Source: a virus
Virus record (IMG/VR): IMGVR_UViG_3300047157_000243
Span: 1 to 64,000 of that record
Direction: 5' to 3' (one strand)
DNA length: 64,000 nucleotides
The notes beneath the pieces are model-generated. The model did not search any database, had not been told where the DNA came from, and saw only the letters and a list, made by a program, of their open reading frames with translations. This document shows positions 1 through 9,825 of this stretch, in pieces. Position numbers and translations under genes: made by a program. Numbering within the stretch: position 1 is the stretch's first letter; every line of letters begins with the position of its first letter.

Positions 1-1283
1 AGTGCAGCATTAGTAGCAGCGTCAGCAGCTTTATAAGCAGCATCCATTGCAGCCTCATCAGCAGCTTGTTTAGCAACTTGTGCAGCCAATCCGTCAGTTA
101 AGATTTTATCGGCAGCTTCAGCAGCAGCTTGATTAGCATCTGTGTCATCTTGAACAGCTTTAACAGCAGCATCATTTGAAATAACGTAAGCACCAAATAC
201 AGCATCGTTTTCAATATCAACAGAGTTGACTAAATTAACGATTTCATGAAATGTGTCAGTATCAGCAGTAGAAGCCTCTAAAATTGCATCAATTCTATCT
301 TTCTCAGTAGAAATCTTACCATCAAGTGCAGTATCAGCAGCTTTATAAGCAACATCCATAGCAGCTCTTTCGCTTTCTTGCTTAGATTCTTGTGCGTCTA
401 GTGCAGACTGTATACCAGCGTCAGCAGCAATTCTTGCAGCCTCTTCATTAGATATACTTAAAGCATTTGCAGCTTCAGCAGCTTGTGCTCTTGCAGTTTC
501 AGCAGCTCTTGCAGCAGCAGAAGCAGCTTTTTCAGCAGCAGCTTCATTTATGATTTCAGAAATCTCTACATCGTGAGCATCATCAGCAGCAACTCTGTTA
601 GCAGCTTCTTGCTCAATAGCAGCAGTTAATGCATCTTCAGCAGCTTTAGCTCTAGCCTCTTCAAGACCAAGTTCATAAGCGTTCAATTGTTCAGCAGCTT
701 TTGCTCTTGATTCTTCAGCAGATAAAGCAGCAGTTAATGCAACTTCAGCAGCTTTTGCTCTAGCCTCTTCAAGACCAAGTTCATAAGCATTTGCTTGTTC
801 AGCAGTTCTTGCTGTTGACGCTTCAGCGTTTAAAGCAGCAGTTAATGCAGCTTCAGCAGCTTTTGCTCTAGCCTCTTCAAGACCAAGTTCATAAGCATTT
901 GCTTGTTCAGCAGTTCTTGCTGTTGACGCTTCAGCGTTTAAAGCAGCAGTTAATGCATCTTCAGCAGCTTTAGCTCTAGCCTCTTCAAGACCAAGCTCAT
1001 AAGCGTTCAATTGTTCAGCAGCTTTTGCTCTTGATTCTTCAGCAGATAAAGCAGCAATTAAAGCTTTTTCAGCAGCTTCAGCTCTTCCTTGTTCAATACT
1101 AAGTTCGTAAGCAGCTTGCTCGAAATTCTCGTCAACTCCTTCAACGTCTCCTTGAACAATACCAACTGGTCTCAAGATTTGAGGGTCAATCAGGTTTTGG
1201 TCGGATTGCATAGCCAACTTAATTCTAGTCCCGCCTAGAGGAGAAGAGTCTTCTCCTTTGTTAAATAATAAAAATAAATCCAT
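1..1283 (-). CDS. Long alanine-rich coiled-coil virion/fibre protein (partial, runs off left edge; missing from ORF track)
   Basis: ATG at 1283 (MDLFLLFNKGEDSSPLGGTRIKLAMQ...), followed by repeated ELGLEEARAKAAE..LTAAL.AE units; ATAAATA (TATTTAT on - strand) copies upstream at 1369-1521. Confidence 0.8.
   Translation of the reverse strand, partial: MDLFLLFNKGEDSSPLGGTRIKLAMQSDQNLIDPQILRPVGIVQGDVEGVDENFEQAAYELSIEQGRAEAAEKALIAALSAEESRAKAAEQLNAYELGLEEARAKAAEDALTAALNAEASTARTAEQANAYELGLEEARAKAAEAALTAALNAEASTARTAEQANAYELGLEEARAKAAEVALTAALSAEESRAKAAEQLNAYELGLEEARAKAAEDALTAAIEQEAANRVAADDAHDVEISEIINEAAAEKAASAAARAAETARAQAAEAANALSISNEEAARIAADAGIQSALDAQESKQESERAAMDVAYKAADTALDGKISTEKDRIDAILEASTADTDTFHEIVNLVNSVDIENDAVFGAYVISNDAAVKAVQDDTDANQAAAEAADKILTDGLAAQVAKQAADEAAMDAAYKAADAATNAA
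620..1110. repeat. 108-bp (36-aa, 2x18-aa) tandem repeat, about 4.5 copies, inside the coiled-coil gene
   Basis: tcaagaccaag recurs at 661, 769, 877 and 985 (exact 108 spacing). Confidence 0.9.
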
Positions 1284-1614
1284 GTTTTTTTTTGATTTTT
1301 TTTAATTGAAACAGTACTCTTTCGTACAGAATTATAAAAAATTAAAAATTTAACTTTTTAAATTACCGATAAATATTAATATGTGATAAAGTAATTTGGG
1401 GTTAATAATAACAAAAATTAAAAAGCTACAGAATGTAAACTTTTAATTACCCATTAGATTTAAATATGTGTTATAAATATAAATATTTAATCAACTTTAC
1501 AGCCGATTACAATAATAAATAGAATGAAAAAATATAAAATCGTATTTTTATGAAAAAAAATTAAATTTTATTTACAAAAATATAACAACTACATGTATGC
1601 CAGTAGTTTAGAAT

Positions 1615-2355
1615 TCAAATATTTTTATTTTTTTTTAAAACTTCTAATCTATTCACTCTTTTAAGTATATAGAAACCTCTTATTTTAAAGAATTTTTCAG
1701 TACTTCTTAAAAAGCTATTATAGTTATGGTGCTTGTTAAAGACAGGTATGTCGTATGACTTTAGTGTTTCAAACTCTTTTTCTGCATCTACATTTTTATA
1801 TATTTCAATATCTATATTCATCATTTTTTTTGATATTGATTTATAGTTTATATATGAACTATCTAAAAAGTGATTCTCTAAAAATGAAGGTATTTCTAAT
1901 TTTGTACTATAGTAATACATCATAAGTATCTCGCTTAAATTGTTAAAAACACTAATTTCTTTAGATATTAATCTTGAAAAATCTTCAGTATATAATTGTT
2001 TAGCTTCTTTAGTGTCTTTTATGGGTCTGCCCTTATTTTTGAAAATACACCAATCTATATAAGCATGTTTTACTTCGTGTATTATTGCATCTATAGTTAG
2101 GTATGAAAAATTTAGATATAAATAAACTCTATATTTGTTATCAACAAATCCAGAATTACTATGGTCATAATGAATGGTTTCAGAATGTTGTATTATCCAT
2201 TCGTCTACTTTTATATCATCGTATTGACTTGTGTCTTTTCCTGGAATGGTTATTTTTAACACATCAAGTTTGACGTTGTTGTTTTCAAAGTGCTCTTGTA
2301 TAACTTTTACAATATCATTTGAAACTATATGTACAATTTCTGATATTCCTAACAT
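1615..2355 (-). CDS. Putative zinc metallopeptidase-like protein (HExxH)
   Basis: IIHEVKHAY motif; likely start ATG 2355 because the upstream ORF extension overlaps a terminator hairpin. Confidence 0.55.
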   Translation of the reverse strand: MLGISEIVHIVSNDIVKVIQEHFENNNVKLDVLKITIPGKDTSQYDDIKVDEWIIQHSETIHYDHSNSGFVDNKYRVYLYLNFSYLTIDAIIHEVKHAYIDWCIFKNKGRPIKDTKEAKQLYTEDFSRLISKEISVFNNLSEILMMYYYSTKLEIPSFLENHFLDSSYINYKSISKKMMNIDIEIYKNVDAEKEFETLKSYDIPVFNKHHNYNSFLRSTEKFFKIRGFYILKRVNRLEVLKKNKNI

Positions 2356-2363
2356 ATAATGGC

Positions 2364-2393
2364 AAAAAAAAAGAAGGTCATACAACCTTCTTT
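2364..2393 (-). terminator. Intrinsic terminator
   Basis: AAGAAGGT/ACCTTCTT stem with a T-run on the - strand, downstream of 2415..2642. Confidence 0.6.
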
Positions 2394-2414
2394 CTAATTT
2401 TAAAGCTGTTTTTC

Positions 2415-2642
2415 TTATCTATTATTATATAGAAAGTTTTTTAAATTTTTAATACTGTTTGCGTACCCAAGAGGTTCGCAAGAAGCATTTTCTGTTAAAT
2501 AGTCATTAACTAATTTTAATAACTCTGGTGTTTCTTCAAAAAGAAACATAGTTTTTTTGCCTAATTTCTCAACTTCGTATTTAAAACCCTTAAGTTTTAA
2601 AAAAGCTGATAAATAAAGGTCTGATGTCTTGTACTTGTTCAT
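2415..2642 (-). CDS. DUF5659-like small phage protein
   Basis: YKTSDLYLSAFL..KGF...FLFE...LVNDY......KNLK pattern. Confidence 0.65.
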   Translation of the reverse strand: MNKYKTSDLYLSAFLKLKGFKYEVEKLGKKTMFLFEETPELLKLVNDYLTENASCEPLGYANSIKNLKNFLYNNR

Positions 2643-2736
2643 TTTTCCTTGTTTATATTACTCGTTTTTTTTGTCAATAATAAATATTATAATTTTTTAA
2701 ATAATAGATTTAAAAATGAAAAAAAAAGATAAAATA

Positions 2737-3450
2737 TTAAAAAAATCTATAAGTACATTTTATCTTTGAACTCTCCAGGGGTGGATAATTAAATATGATT
2801 TTATTTTCAACCATCACATAGTCAGACATTTGACTTTCGTCTTGAAGTAGACCATTTAGGTAAACATGCTCAGAATCTAATTCAGGATAATGTTTTATAA
2901 AAAATTCTTTATTTATTCCATCAGCTACACCAGAAGGTATTTCTTTGTCTGATATTTTTAATTGTGGAGATATAGTGTCTACCATTCTATAAGAGCACCT
3001 AACCTTAGAACCTAGGAATGGAGGTTCATTAAAAGTTATTAAATTATCATTTATGGTATAGTCATATAGTTCTCCTGAGTCTTGTAGTAGACCATTTAGA
3101 TAAACATGTTCAGAGCCTACTTTTGGCTCTTGAAATAATGAGAATTCAGTATTCATCCCATCAGTTAATCCGTTTGGAGTTTCTCTATCATAAAAAAGTT
3201 TCTCATCTCTATGTTCTATAGAGAGAGGTTGCCAATCATTTATTGTAAACTCCCAATTTGAAGTCTTTAACACAAAAAAGTCATTAGTCTCTAATATGTA
3301 AGCCAACATACCAGGCTTTCTTCTTTCTGAAGGAAGATTGTTTAGTTGAAACAAATTGTTGAAAACACTATATGCTCCAACGTCCATTGGAGTGATGTAT
3401 GGGTTACTATTTATTACACTTTTACCGTTATATGTTATAAGTGCTGGCAT
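2737..3450 (-). CDS. Virion structural protein with two tandem beta-sandwich repeats
   Basis: Two copies of E.P.G..DG.N.EF......SEHVYLNGLLQD.....DY......I.FN.PP...SK..C.Y. Confidence 0.7.
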   Translation of the reverse strand: MPALITYNGKSVINSNPYITPMDVGAYSVFNNLFQLNNLPSERRKPGMLAYILETNDFFVLKTSNWEFTINDWQPLSIEHRDEKLFYDRETPNGLTDGMNTEFSLFQEPKVGSEHVYLNGLLQDSGELYDYTINDNLITFNEPPFLGSKVRCSYRMVDTISPQLKISDKEIPSGVADGINKEFFIKHYPELDSEHVYLNGLLQDESQMSDYVMVENKIIFNYPPLESSKIKCTYRFF

Positions 3451-3500
3451 AATTTACTTTTAATAATAAATAGTAATTATTTATAAATTATTGTTATTTT

Positions 3501-4550
3501 TTAGCTTCTAGCTATTCTAATCCAAACGTCATCATTAACAGCTGTAAACCAATAGTTCGCATTATAGTATGCCTGGCCTTGATATGTCCCAGAAATTGTA
3601 GAGCCTGTATATACTCCAGACGGGTTCCAGTTGCTAGAGTTATCTAACAGCGTAATTGTAGAGGCGGACAAAGTGTAGGACTCTAACATAGGTATTTCCT
3701 CTATGGTACCACCAGACTGAGTTGTAGTACCTATTACAGACCTGCCATCTAAATCTTGCATCTTATCAAACGTGACACTGTCGGGTTGAATTGTAGTATT
3801 TCCAGAGTAGTTTATTAAAATGTCACCTGTTAAATCAACTCCTTGAGGTGTGTTGGATAAGTTTCCAACAAAAACTCTACCTTGATTTAAAGAGTTTAGA
3901 GCAGCGCCATCCGTTGAAAATATGTCATAAAGGTCAGTTGAGCCAGATGTAAGAACGCCAGAAACTTCAAGGTCACCACTTATGGTTAATCCACTAAATT
4001 CATCTATAACAATATCTAAGGTTGAAGCATCACTTTTTGTTAGTGTTATTTTATTTGAATTATCATAAGATAAAGAATTGGTAAATATATCTGGTCCACC
4101 TACAGCACCTACTGGTGCAAATATGTTATACAAATTAGTCCCAGCTGAATATATTATTCCTGAGTTCTCTGCTAACCTTGCATTTTGAGTGTATAAAGAA
4201 TTGTTTTGAGATGCATTTACATTAATTCCTCCGACCACTACTGAGTTTTGTACTCCATTCAAAACATCATTTCCAACACCTCCTATTATTGCAGAATAGT
4301 CAGCATTTGTTGCCACGGTATTGTTGACGCCTCCTAAAACAATAGAAAAATCACCACCAGCATCACTACTCGAATCTTTTAGAACGGCAGAATTATTTCC
4401 TGAACCTTCCTCAAAAAGTCCAACAGTACTACCTGTCCCTATAACTATGCTTTCAACCTCTCGCTTTAGTGTCCTTAAGTTTACGGCATCTTTATCATAT
4501 TTGGGGTCTGATAAATTTAGTCCTCTACTATTTCTAAAATCTGTTCCCAT
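3501..4550 (-). CDS. Tail fibre protein
   Basis: N-terminal LSDP...KDAVNL; S.I.GG..N beta-roll repeats; structural cluster. Confidence 0.7.
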   Translation of the reverse strand: MGTDFRNSRGLNLSDPKYDKDAVNLRTLKREVESIVIGTGSTVGLFEEGSGNNSAVLKDSSSDAGGDFSIVLGGVNNTVATNADYSAIIGGVGNDVLNGVQNSVVVGGINVNASQNNSLYTQNARLAENSGIIYSAGTNLYNIFAPVGAVGGPDIFTNSLSYDNSNKITLTKSDASTLDIVIDEFSGLTISGDLEVSGVLTSGSTDLYDIFSTDGAALNSLNQGRVFVGNLSNTPQGVDLTGDILINYSGNTTIQPDSVTFDKMQDLDGRSVIGTTTQSGGTIEEIPMLESYTLSASTITLLDNSSNWNPSGVYTGSTISGTYQGQAYYNANYWFTAVNDDVWIRIARS

Positions 4551-4560
4551 ATTTTCCTAC

Positions 4561-5359
4561 TTATACACCAGTTCCAGTTACAGCAAACCATGGAGTAATA
4601 CCTCCTGTTATAGGGCCTAAATAAGTTACAGTTACATGCTGATAAAGGCCTGAACAAATTAATAGAGATTCATTTTGCACTCCATCATTTATGTAAAAGT
4701 CTGAATTATTAGTTCCTAAAAGAATCCCAGCAAGGAAACCACTGTTGTCAATCATTACTAACTCAACAGTCCTTCCTATTTGGTCATCACTAATCATAAA
4801 TCTAAAATCAAGAGAAAAATCAGTAGGTGTAGGGGTATCTGTAAATATTGAATTATCTGTAATTAACAAAATCTCATCATCTCTAGTAATTACAGGTATT
4901 TTACCCTTGTCTGGCTCGTAAGGTTCTAGTGTAAGATATCTAGTATTTCTCACTCTACTCCCCGAGCTTTCTAAATCTGGGACAAATGTTGTGTTGTCAG
5001 TCACACCAGTTATGTTTGAGCCTCCTACTATTACTGAATTTGAAGTTCCACTAAGAATGTTGTTTTCACCGCCTATTATCGCAGAATCTAAAGAGTTGTT
5101 TTCTATAGAATTATTTTCACCTCCAATTATAGTATTTTTACCGTCACCAATTAAACCTGTTATGCTATTGTTTTTACCTCCCAAAACAACAGAGTAATTC
5201 GAAGACGATGAATTTGTATCATCTCCACGAGAAACTATAGACTGAAACCCTGTACTTCCAGACCAAGTTTCAGTCCTCGCAGTATAAACATCGTTTATTT
5301 TTTTCTCTAGCAGTGTTTAAAGAATCTGTAATAAGTATTGGGTCAATTTTGCAGCTCAT
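4561..5359 (-). CDS. Tail fibre paralogue (one extra A at 5298-5304; ORF track shows only 4561..5184)
   Basis: Removing one base gives MSCKIDPILITDSLNTAREKINDVY...WSGSTG, 265 aa, colinear with the 267-aa neighbour. Confidence 0.75.
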
Positions 5360-5379
5360 ATATATAAATATTAATTAAT

Positions 5380-6183
5380 TTAAACGATTCCATAAATATA
5401 AATTTGCTTAGCTCCTGAGGCATTTTCTCCACCATGTAGTATGTTGACATAAGAAAGTGTGTTAGTCGCTCGGACCCAGAAGCTATCATCCAAAGGATTG
5501 TCATTAATCTGAAACCCAGCAGAACCCTTTCCGCCTCCAACGGCACCAATAAAAAGTCTCCCACCATTGAACGCAGTTACCCTCATTTCAACAGTACGAC
5601 CACTTTTACTATTTAAAAAACTTCCAATATCTAAAGCGTAGTCAGTAGGAGCAGGGGCTGGCGTTGCTCCTGGCACATTTATTTCAACAAAAATTATATC
5701 ATCGTCACCAAGTATGTTTTCATCCTGACCAGTAGTGTTATATCCTAATATTGTAGGAACTACTCTAGAGTTCCTCACTCTAGACTTTGTGGTCTTTAAC
5801 CCTTGAACCATAGTGCTTCTGTCTCCTATAGAAGATGTTATTGAATCGCCTCCTAAGGAAACTGAATACGACAAACCAGACAGAACAGTATTTTTACCTC
5901 CAATTATAGCAGAATTAAAGTCAACTCCAGATGATGGGGGGTTAATTGTATTGTTTTGACCTCCAACAATAGCAGAATACTGAGTTGAGCCAGAAATTAA
6001 ATTACCAGTTCCACCTAGAATGGATGAGTAGGTTGATTCTACTAAATTACCTGTACTATTATCTGCAATTATAGAATTACTACCAGTACTAGCCGACCAT
6101 AGATTTGTTGTTGCAGAGTAAGCATTGTTTATCTTAACTCTACCTTCATTTATCGTGTCACTACTTAATATTAATTCGCTCAT
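5380..6183 (-). CDS. Tail fibre paralogue
   Basis: SDTINEGRVKINNAY N-terminus; SAI.GG..N repeats; SRVRN..V..DD.I motif shared with neighbours. Confidence 0.75.
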   Translation of the reverse strand: MSELILSSDTINEGRVKINNAYSATTNLWSASTGSNSIIADNSTGNLVESTYSSILGGTGNLISGSTQYSAIVGGQNNTINPPSSGVDFNSAIIGGKNTVLSGLSYSVSLGGDSITSSIGDRSTMVQGLKTTKSRVRNSRVVPTILGYNTTGQDENILGDDDIIFVEINVPGATPAPAPTDYALDIGSFLNSKSGRTVEMRVTAFNGGRLFIGAVGGGKGSAGFQINDNPLDDSFWVRATNTLSYVNILHGGENASGAKQIYIYGIV

Positions 6184-6203
6184 AATTTTTTTATAATATT
6201 TTA

Positions 6204-7088
6204 TTACGCTCCTGTACCATACATTTCCACGTAAGTATTGATTCCAATTTTTTCTTTCACTACTAATCTAACTGACGTATGGTTTGTTGTACATATTTGC
6301 AAAGTGTTTGTTGAAAGATTAACGCCATTAACAAAAACGGCTCCAATAGTACTTCCCTGCCCAAGGTATACATTCTTATTCACGAATGGAAGTATATCAA
6401 CAACATGAATATCTACAACTCTACCTATGTCTGAAAAATAAAGTGAACTTACTTCTAAATTGAAGTAAGACGCACTAGGCCTGGCGGCAATATTAGCATT
6501 AACAACAAGACAATACTCATCGTCTAAACTTATACTCTCAACAGTCAAAGGAAAACTGCCTAGTAGTTGCCAGCTATTATTCTGTATCACATAGGTATTT
6601 AGATTTCTAATTCTACCACCAAAAGACTGTATGTTTTCAACGTAAACTCTATCAGAAGTGTCGCCAGTCAATCCTTGTCCTCCTATAATAACTGTGTTAC
6701 TAATGTCAGAAGTTCCTGTAATAGCATTGGCTTCCCCCCCAACAAGTACACAGTTTTCAATATCTACATTACTACTACTGTGAGTAATTAAATTTGTATT
6801 ACCTCCAACAATAGAAGAGTTTTTTATAGTTGTATCATTAGGGGCCTGTCCAAATATAACATTCCCTACACCAGCCAATATTGAACTATACTCTACTACA
6901 GAAGAATTTGTTGAACTGTCTCCACTTATTATATTGTTCCCATCATTATTGGTTATAATATTTTTTGTAATACCAGTAAAGTCACCAGTGCTACCAGTCC
7001 ATATACAGTCTTGGTTATAAGCATTATTTATAATAACCCTACCTTGCTCTGTTGTGTCTCCACTAAATAATAATTCTGTTACTGGCAT
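6204..7088 (-). CDS. Tail fibre paralogue
   Basis: GDTTEQGRVIINNAY N-terminus; SSI.GG..N repeats. Confidence 0.75.
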   Translation of the reverse strand: MPVTELLFSGDTTEQGRVIINNAYNQDCIWTGSTGDFTGITKNIITNNDGNNIISGDSSTNSSVVEYSSILAGVGNVIFGQAPNDTTIKNSSIVGGNTNLITHSSSNVDIENCVLVGGEANAITGTSDISNTVIIGGQGLTGDTSDRVYVENIQSFGGRIRNLNTYVIQNNSWQLLGSFPLTVESISLDDEYCLVVNANIAARPSASYFNLEVSSLYFSDIGRVVDIHVVDILPFVNKNVYLGQGSTIGAVFVNGVNLSTNTLQICTTNHTSVRLVVKEKIGINTYVEMYGTGA

Positions 7089-7097
7089 ATCTGTTTT

Positions 7098-8603
7098 TTA
7101 TATAAGTATTTGTCCTTGTACATCTTCTATCGTTAAGTCACTACCCCACTCTAATCTAACTGTATAGTCTTGTCCTGTTGTATCTACATTAAGTTCTATA
7201 GAATAAGTTTGAGTTACATACCCATCTTTTGAAATAACAATTGAAAGAGCTCCACCTTTTATGTTACTTAGTGAGTAGTTTCCATTAGAGTCTGTAATCG
7301 CAGAGAATGCGGCTCCAGTTCCACCACCTAACGGCTCATTAGTTCCTTCTGCTATAATTTCTTCAAAAGGTGCATCAACTCCAAGTTCCACATCTGATGT
7401 TGTACTCACTACTATAGCGGTAACTGTAGCTCCAGATACTGGACTTCCGAATAATTCATTTTGATAAATTGCACCAGAAATATCGTAAATACCATCTGTG
7501 GCTGTAAATGCATTTTCAGCTCTACCCCAAGTGGTAACATTTTGTTTAACTCCAAATATGTTTGTAATCTCTTTAGTGTTTCCAATTCTGTATAAAAAGT
7601 TAGAATCAGGAGTTAGTGGGGTTGAAAAGGTTCTTATAAAATCAGGTTCACCTTCTTGTTTTGGTATGTTAAAAATAGTAGATGAACTAAATATAACATC
7701 ATCAATATTATATGTTACTTGTAGTTTATAATAGTCTCCATCAGAAACGTTGTTAAAGCTAAAAATTGGAGAAAATGTATCTAACAAACCTTGTACACTA
7801 GGCTCATCACTTAGTACATCTATATTTGGCTTTTGAGGCGCAACAAAATAAGTAAATAGAGCTCCATTTACAGTAATACCAGAAAATAAACCTTTATCAA
7901 TAGTTTCTGAATTTTTACTTGTTTCAAGTAAAAAGTTTCCATCTTCACTAAGTCCTGATAGAGTTATTTCAGTTGCAACCCCCCCGCTTAAAATTTGATA
8001 TCCACCTAATGTTTTATCGCGTTCCAAAGGAAATTCGTATCTAGTATCAATAAAGTATTGAGATTTATCTACTAAAAGATTTTGAGCAAATTGACCTACT
8101 GGCTTTACAACAGTAGGCAAGTTTAAATCATAAGTGGGAAATGTTATTGTAGAACCTGTATCATACAGTGTTATTAAAGGGTTAGACAATATTTCAGCCA
8201 CACTTTCTTTAGTATAAGTTATAGCAGTTGAGCTAGCAGTTTCGGCAGTTGTAGGCAAAACTTCATCCCCCTCAAAATCAAAACTATTATAAACCTTATT
8301 GTAAATAGAGAAATCTAGTTTATATACGTCATATATAGTGTTAGTTATCGCACTAAAAGAAGAAGTGTTTGCACTGTAATTATATAGTATAGATTTTTCA
8401 TTATTTATATTTACAGATATTCCGTCTATGGCTTGTTCATAATAGTTAAAAGTAGCACCCTTTAAGCTAAACAGAGGAACTCGAAACGGATACGGCTCAG
8501 ATTCAGGCTCTACTATATTAGTTATGGTATTTTGTAAAAAAACTTGAGAAATACCGTTGTTCTCACCAATTGTTTTAGACACTATTTTTTTCTTTATTGA
8601 CAT
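7098..8603 (-). CDS. Virion structural protein with C-terminal carboxypeptidase-regulatory-like (prealbumin-fold) domain
   Basis: ISG..Y......PVSGATV ... TDSNGNYSLSNI..G...I.ISKDGY. Confidence 0.6.
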   Translation of the reverse strand: MSIKKKIVSKTIGENNGISQVFLQNTITNIVEPESEPYPFRVPLFSLKGATFNYYEQAIDGISVNINNEKSILYNYSANTSSFSAITNTIYDVYKLDFSIYNKVYNSFDFEGDEVLPTTAETASSTAITYTKESVAEILSNPLITLYDTGSTITFPTYDLNLPTVVKPVGQFAQNLLVDKSQYFIDTRYEFPLERDKTLGGYQILSGGVATEITLSGLSEDGNFLLETSKNSETIDKGLFSGITVNGALFTYFVAPQKPNIDVLSDEPSVQGLLDTFSPIFSFNNVSDGDYYKLQVTYNIDDVIFSSSTIFNIPKQEGEPDFIRTFSTPLTPDSNFLYRIGNTKEITNIFGVKQNVTTWGRAENAFTATDGIYDISGAIYQNELFGSPVSGATVTAIVVSTTSDVELGVDAPFEEIIAEGTNEPLGGGTGAAFSAITDSNGNYSLSNIKGGALSIVISKDGYVTQTYSIELNVDTTGQDYTVRLEWGSDLTIEDVQGQILI

Positions 8604-8604
8604 A

Positions 8605-9825
8605 TTAATCTGGATAAGTTACTGGCGTTAGGTTGCTTATAATTGGTTCGTATGGAGTTTCAATATTTTCTTCCTCATATATATTTGTATTTGTATTTGC
8701 CAAATTTGTACTTAAATTTACAGTTTTACCCAAGTTAATTTGAAAATCAGAAATGTCAATGTTACCACTCACTTTATTAGATACTTTTGCACAAAAATAG
8801 TTAGACTTTATTTGTGGGTCATATCTATTTGATATATCAACAGTAAAATCAGAAGCCTGTATATCAGGTTCAAAGACAGGAGGTATTTCAGCTTGAAATT
8901 CCGAACCATCATTTAGACCTGGTTTGTAAATAAATCTATGTCTATTAAATTCTGTATTCCCATATACTGTTCCATATGTTGATAATATGCTTGTAGACGG
9001 AACTAAAAATGGAACTAAATCCTGAAAATTTCTTTCTAAAAAGCTCAAAAACTTTTCTAAATTTTTAAATGTCAATCTATTAGACTTTTGATTATTAGTC
9101 CACAACATATAAGTAACATATATCTTTTTTAAGTCTCTATAAGTCCCCGTTGTTCCATTTTGCCACCCTTTTGTTTTTCTGTTTTTTGGGTCTACATTAT
9201 TTTGATATAGATAATTTATCCACTCATATATAGTCATCCCAGTTAAATTGTCTGGAACAACTGTATTTATGTCTTCAACTTGCCATTCGAAAGGTACTGT
9301 AAGTCCCGAAAAAACAGAAGATGATGAGCCCCATTTCCACCAGCCATAACCAAATTCATACCAATCCATAACGTCACACTCTATAGCTCTAGAAGGTCTT
9401 AGGTCTACGTTTACTTCTTTGCTGTTTACAATATGTCTAGTATTACCAGTTTTCGTCTTTAAGTTGTCAACTCTTTTAAATGGTTCATACTGACTTCCTA
9501 AGCCTTCAATAAAATCAGCTCCATTGCCTGTCCCGCTTCCTCCAATTTGAAATATTTGAGAATTTACATTAGGATATCCATCATTAATTATAATATTTCC
9601 ATTTAAATCTAAAGGACTTGAATCCTGTAATTCATCAGAGTTTAAATCATCAAAAAGATTTGCAGGTATGAACGACTCTGGGTTATTAATGTCTTCTGGA
9701 GAAAAAAGTTGACCATCAACTGGATTTACAGGGAATTGAATTGTGCCCCCGTCAGTTGTATCGATAAAAGTTCCTATTTGAGGAAAAAGACTCCACATTA
9801 AATGTTGAATTATCCCCTTCTGCAT
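8605..9825 (-). CDS. Baseplate wedge-like protein, C-terminal part (frameshifted from 9752..11263)
   Basis: Deleting one T of the run at 9784-9788 (VESFPQIG) joins it to the upstream ORF, 885 aa in total. Confidence 0.6.
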   Translation of the reverse strand: MQKGIIQHLMWSLFPQIGTFIDTTDGGTIQFPVNPVDGQLFSPEDINNPESFIPANLFDDLNSDELQDSSPLDLNGNIIINDGYPNVNSQIFQIGGSGTGNGADFIEGLGSQYEPFKRVDNLKTKTGNTRHIVNSKEVNVDLRPSRAIECDVMDWYEFGYGWWKWGSSSSVFSGLTVPFEWQVEDINTVVPDNLTGMTIYEWINYLYQNNVDPKNRKTKGWQNGTTGTYRDLKKIYVTYMLWTNNQKSNRLTFKNLEKFLSFLERNFQDLVPFLVPSTSILSTYGTVYGNTEFNRHRFIYKPGLNDGSEFQAEIPPVFEPDIQASDFTVDISNRYDPQIKSNYFCAKVSNKVSGNIDISDFQINLGKTVNLSTNLANTNTNIYEEENIETPYEPIISNLTPVTYPD

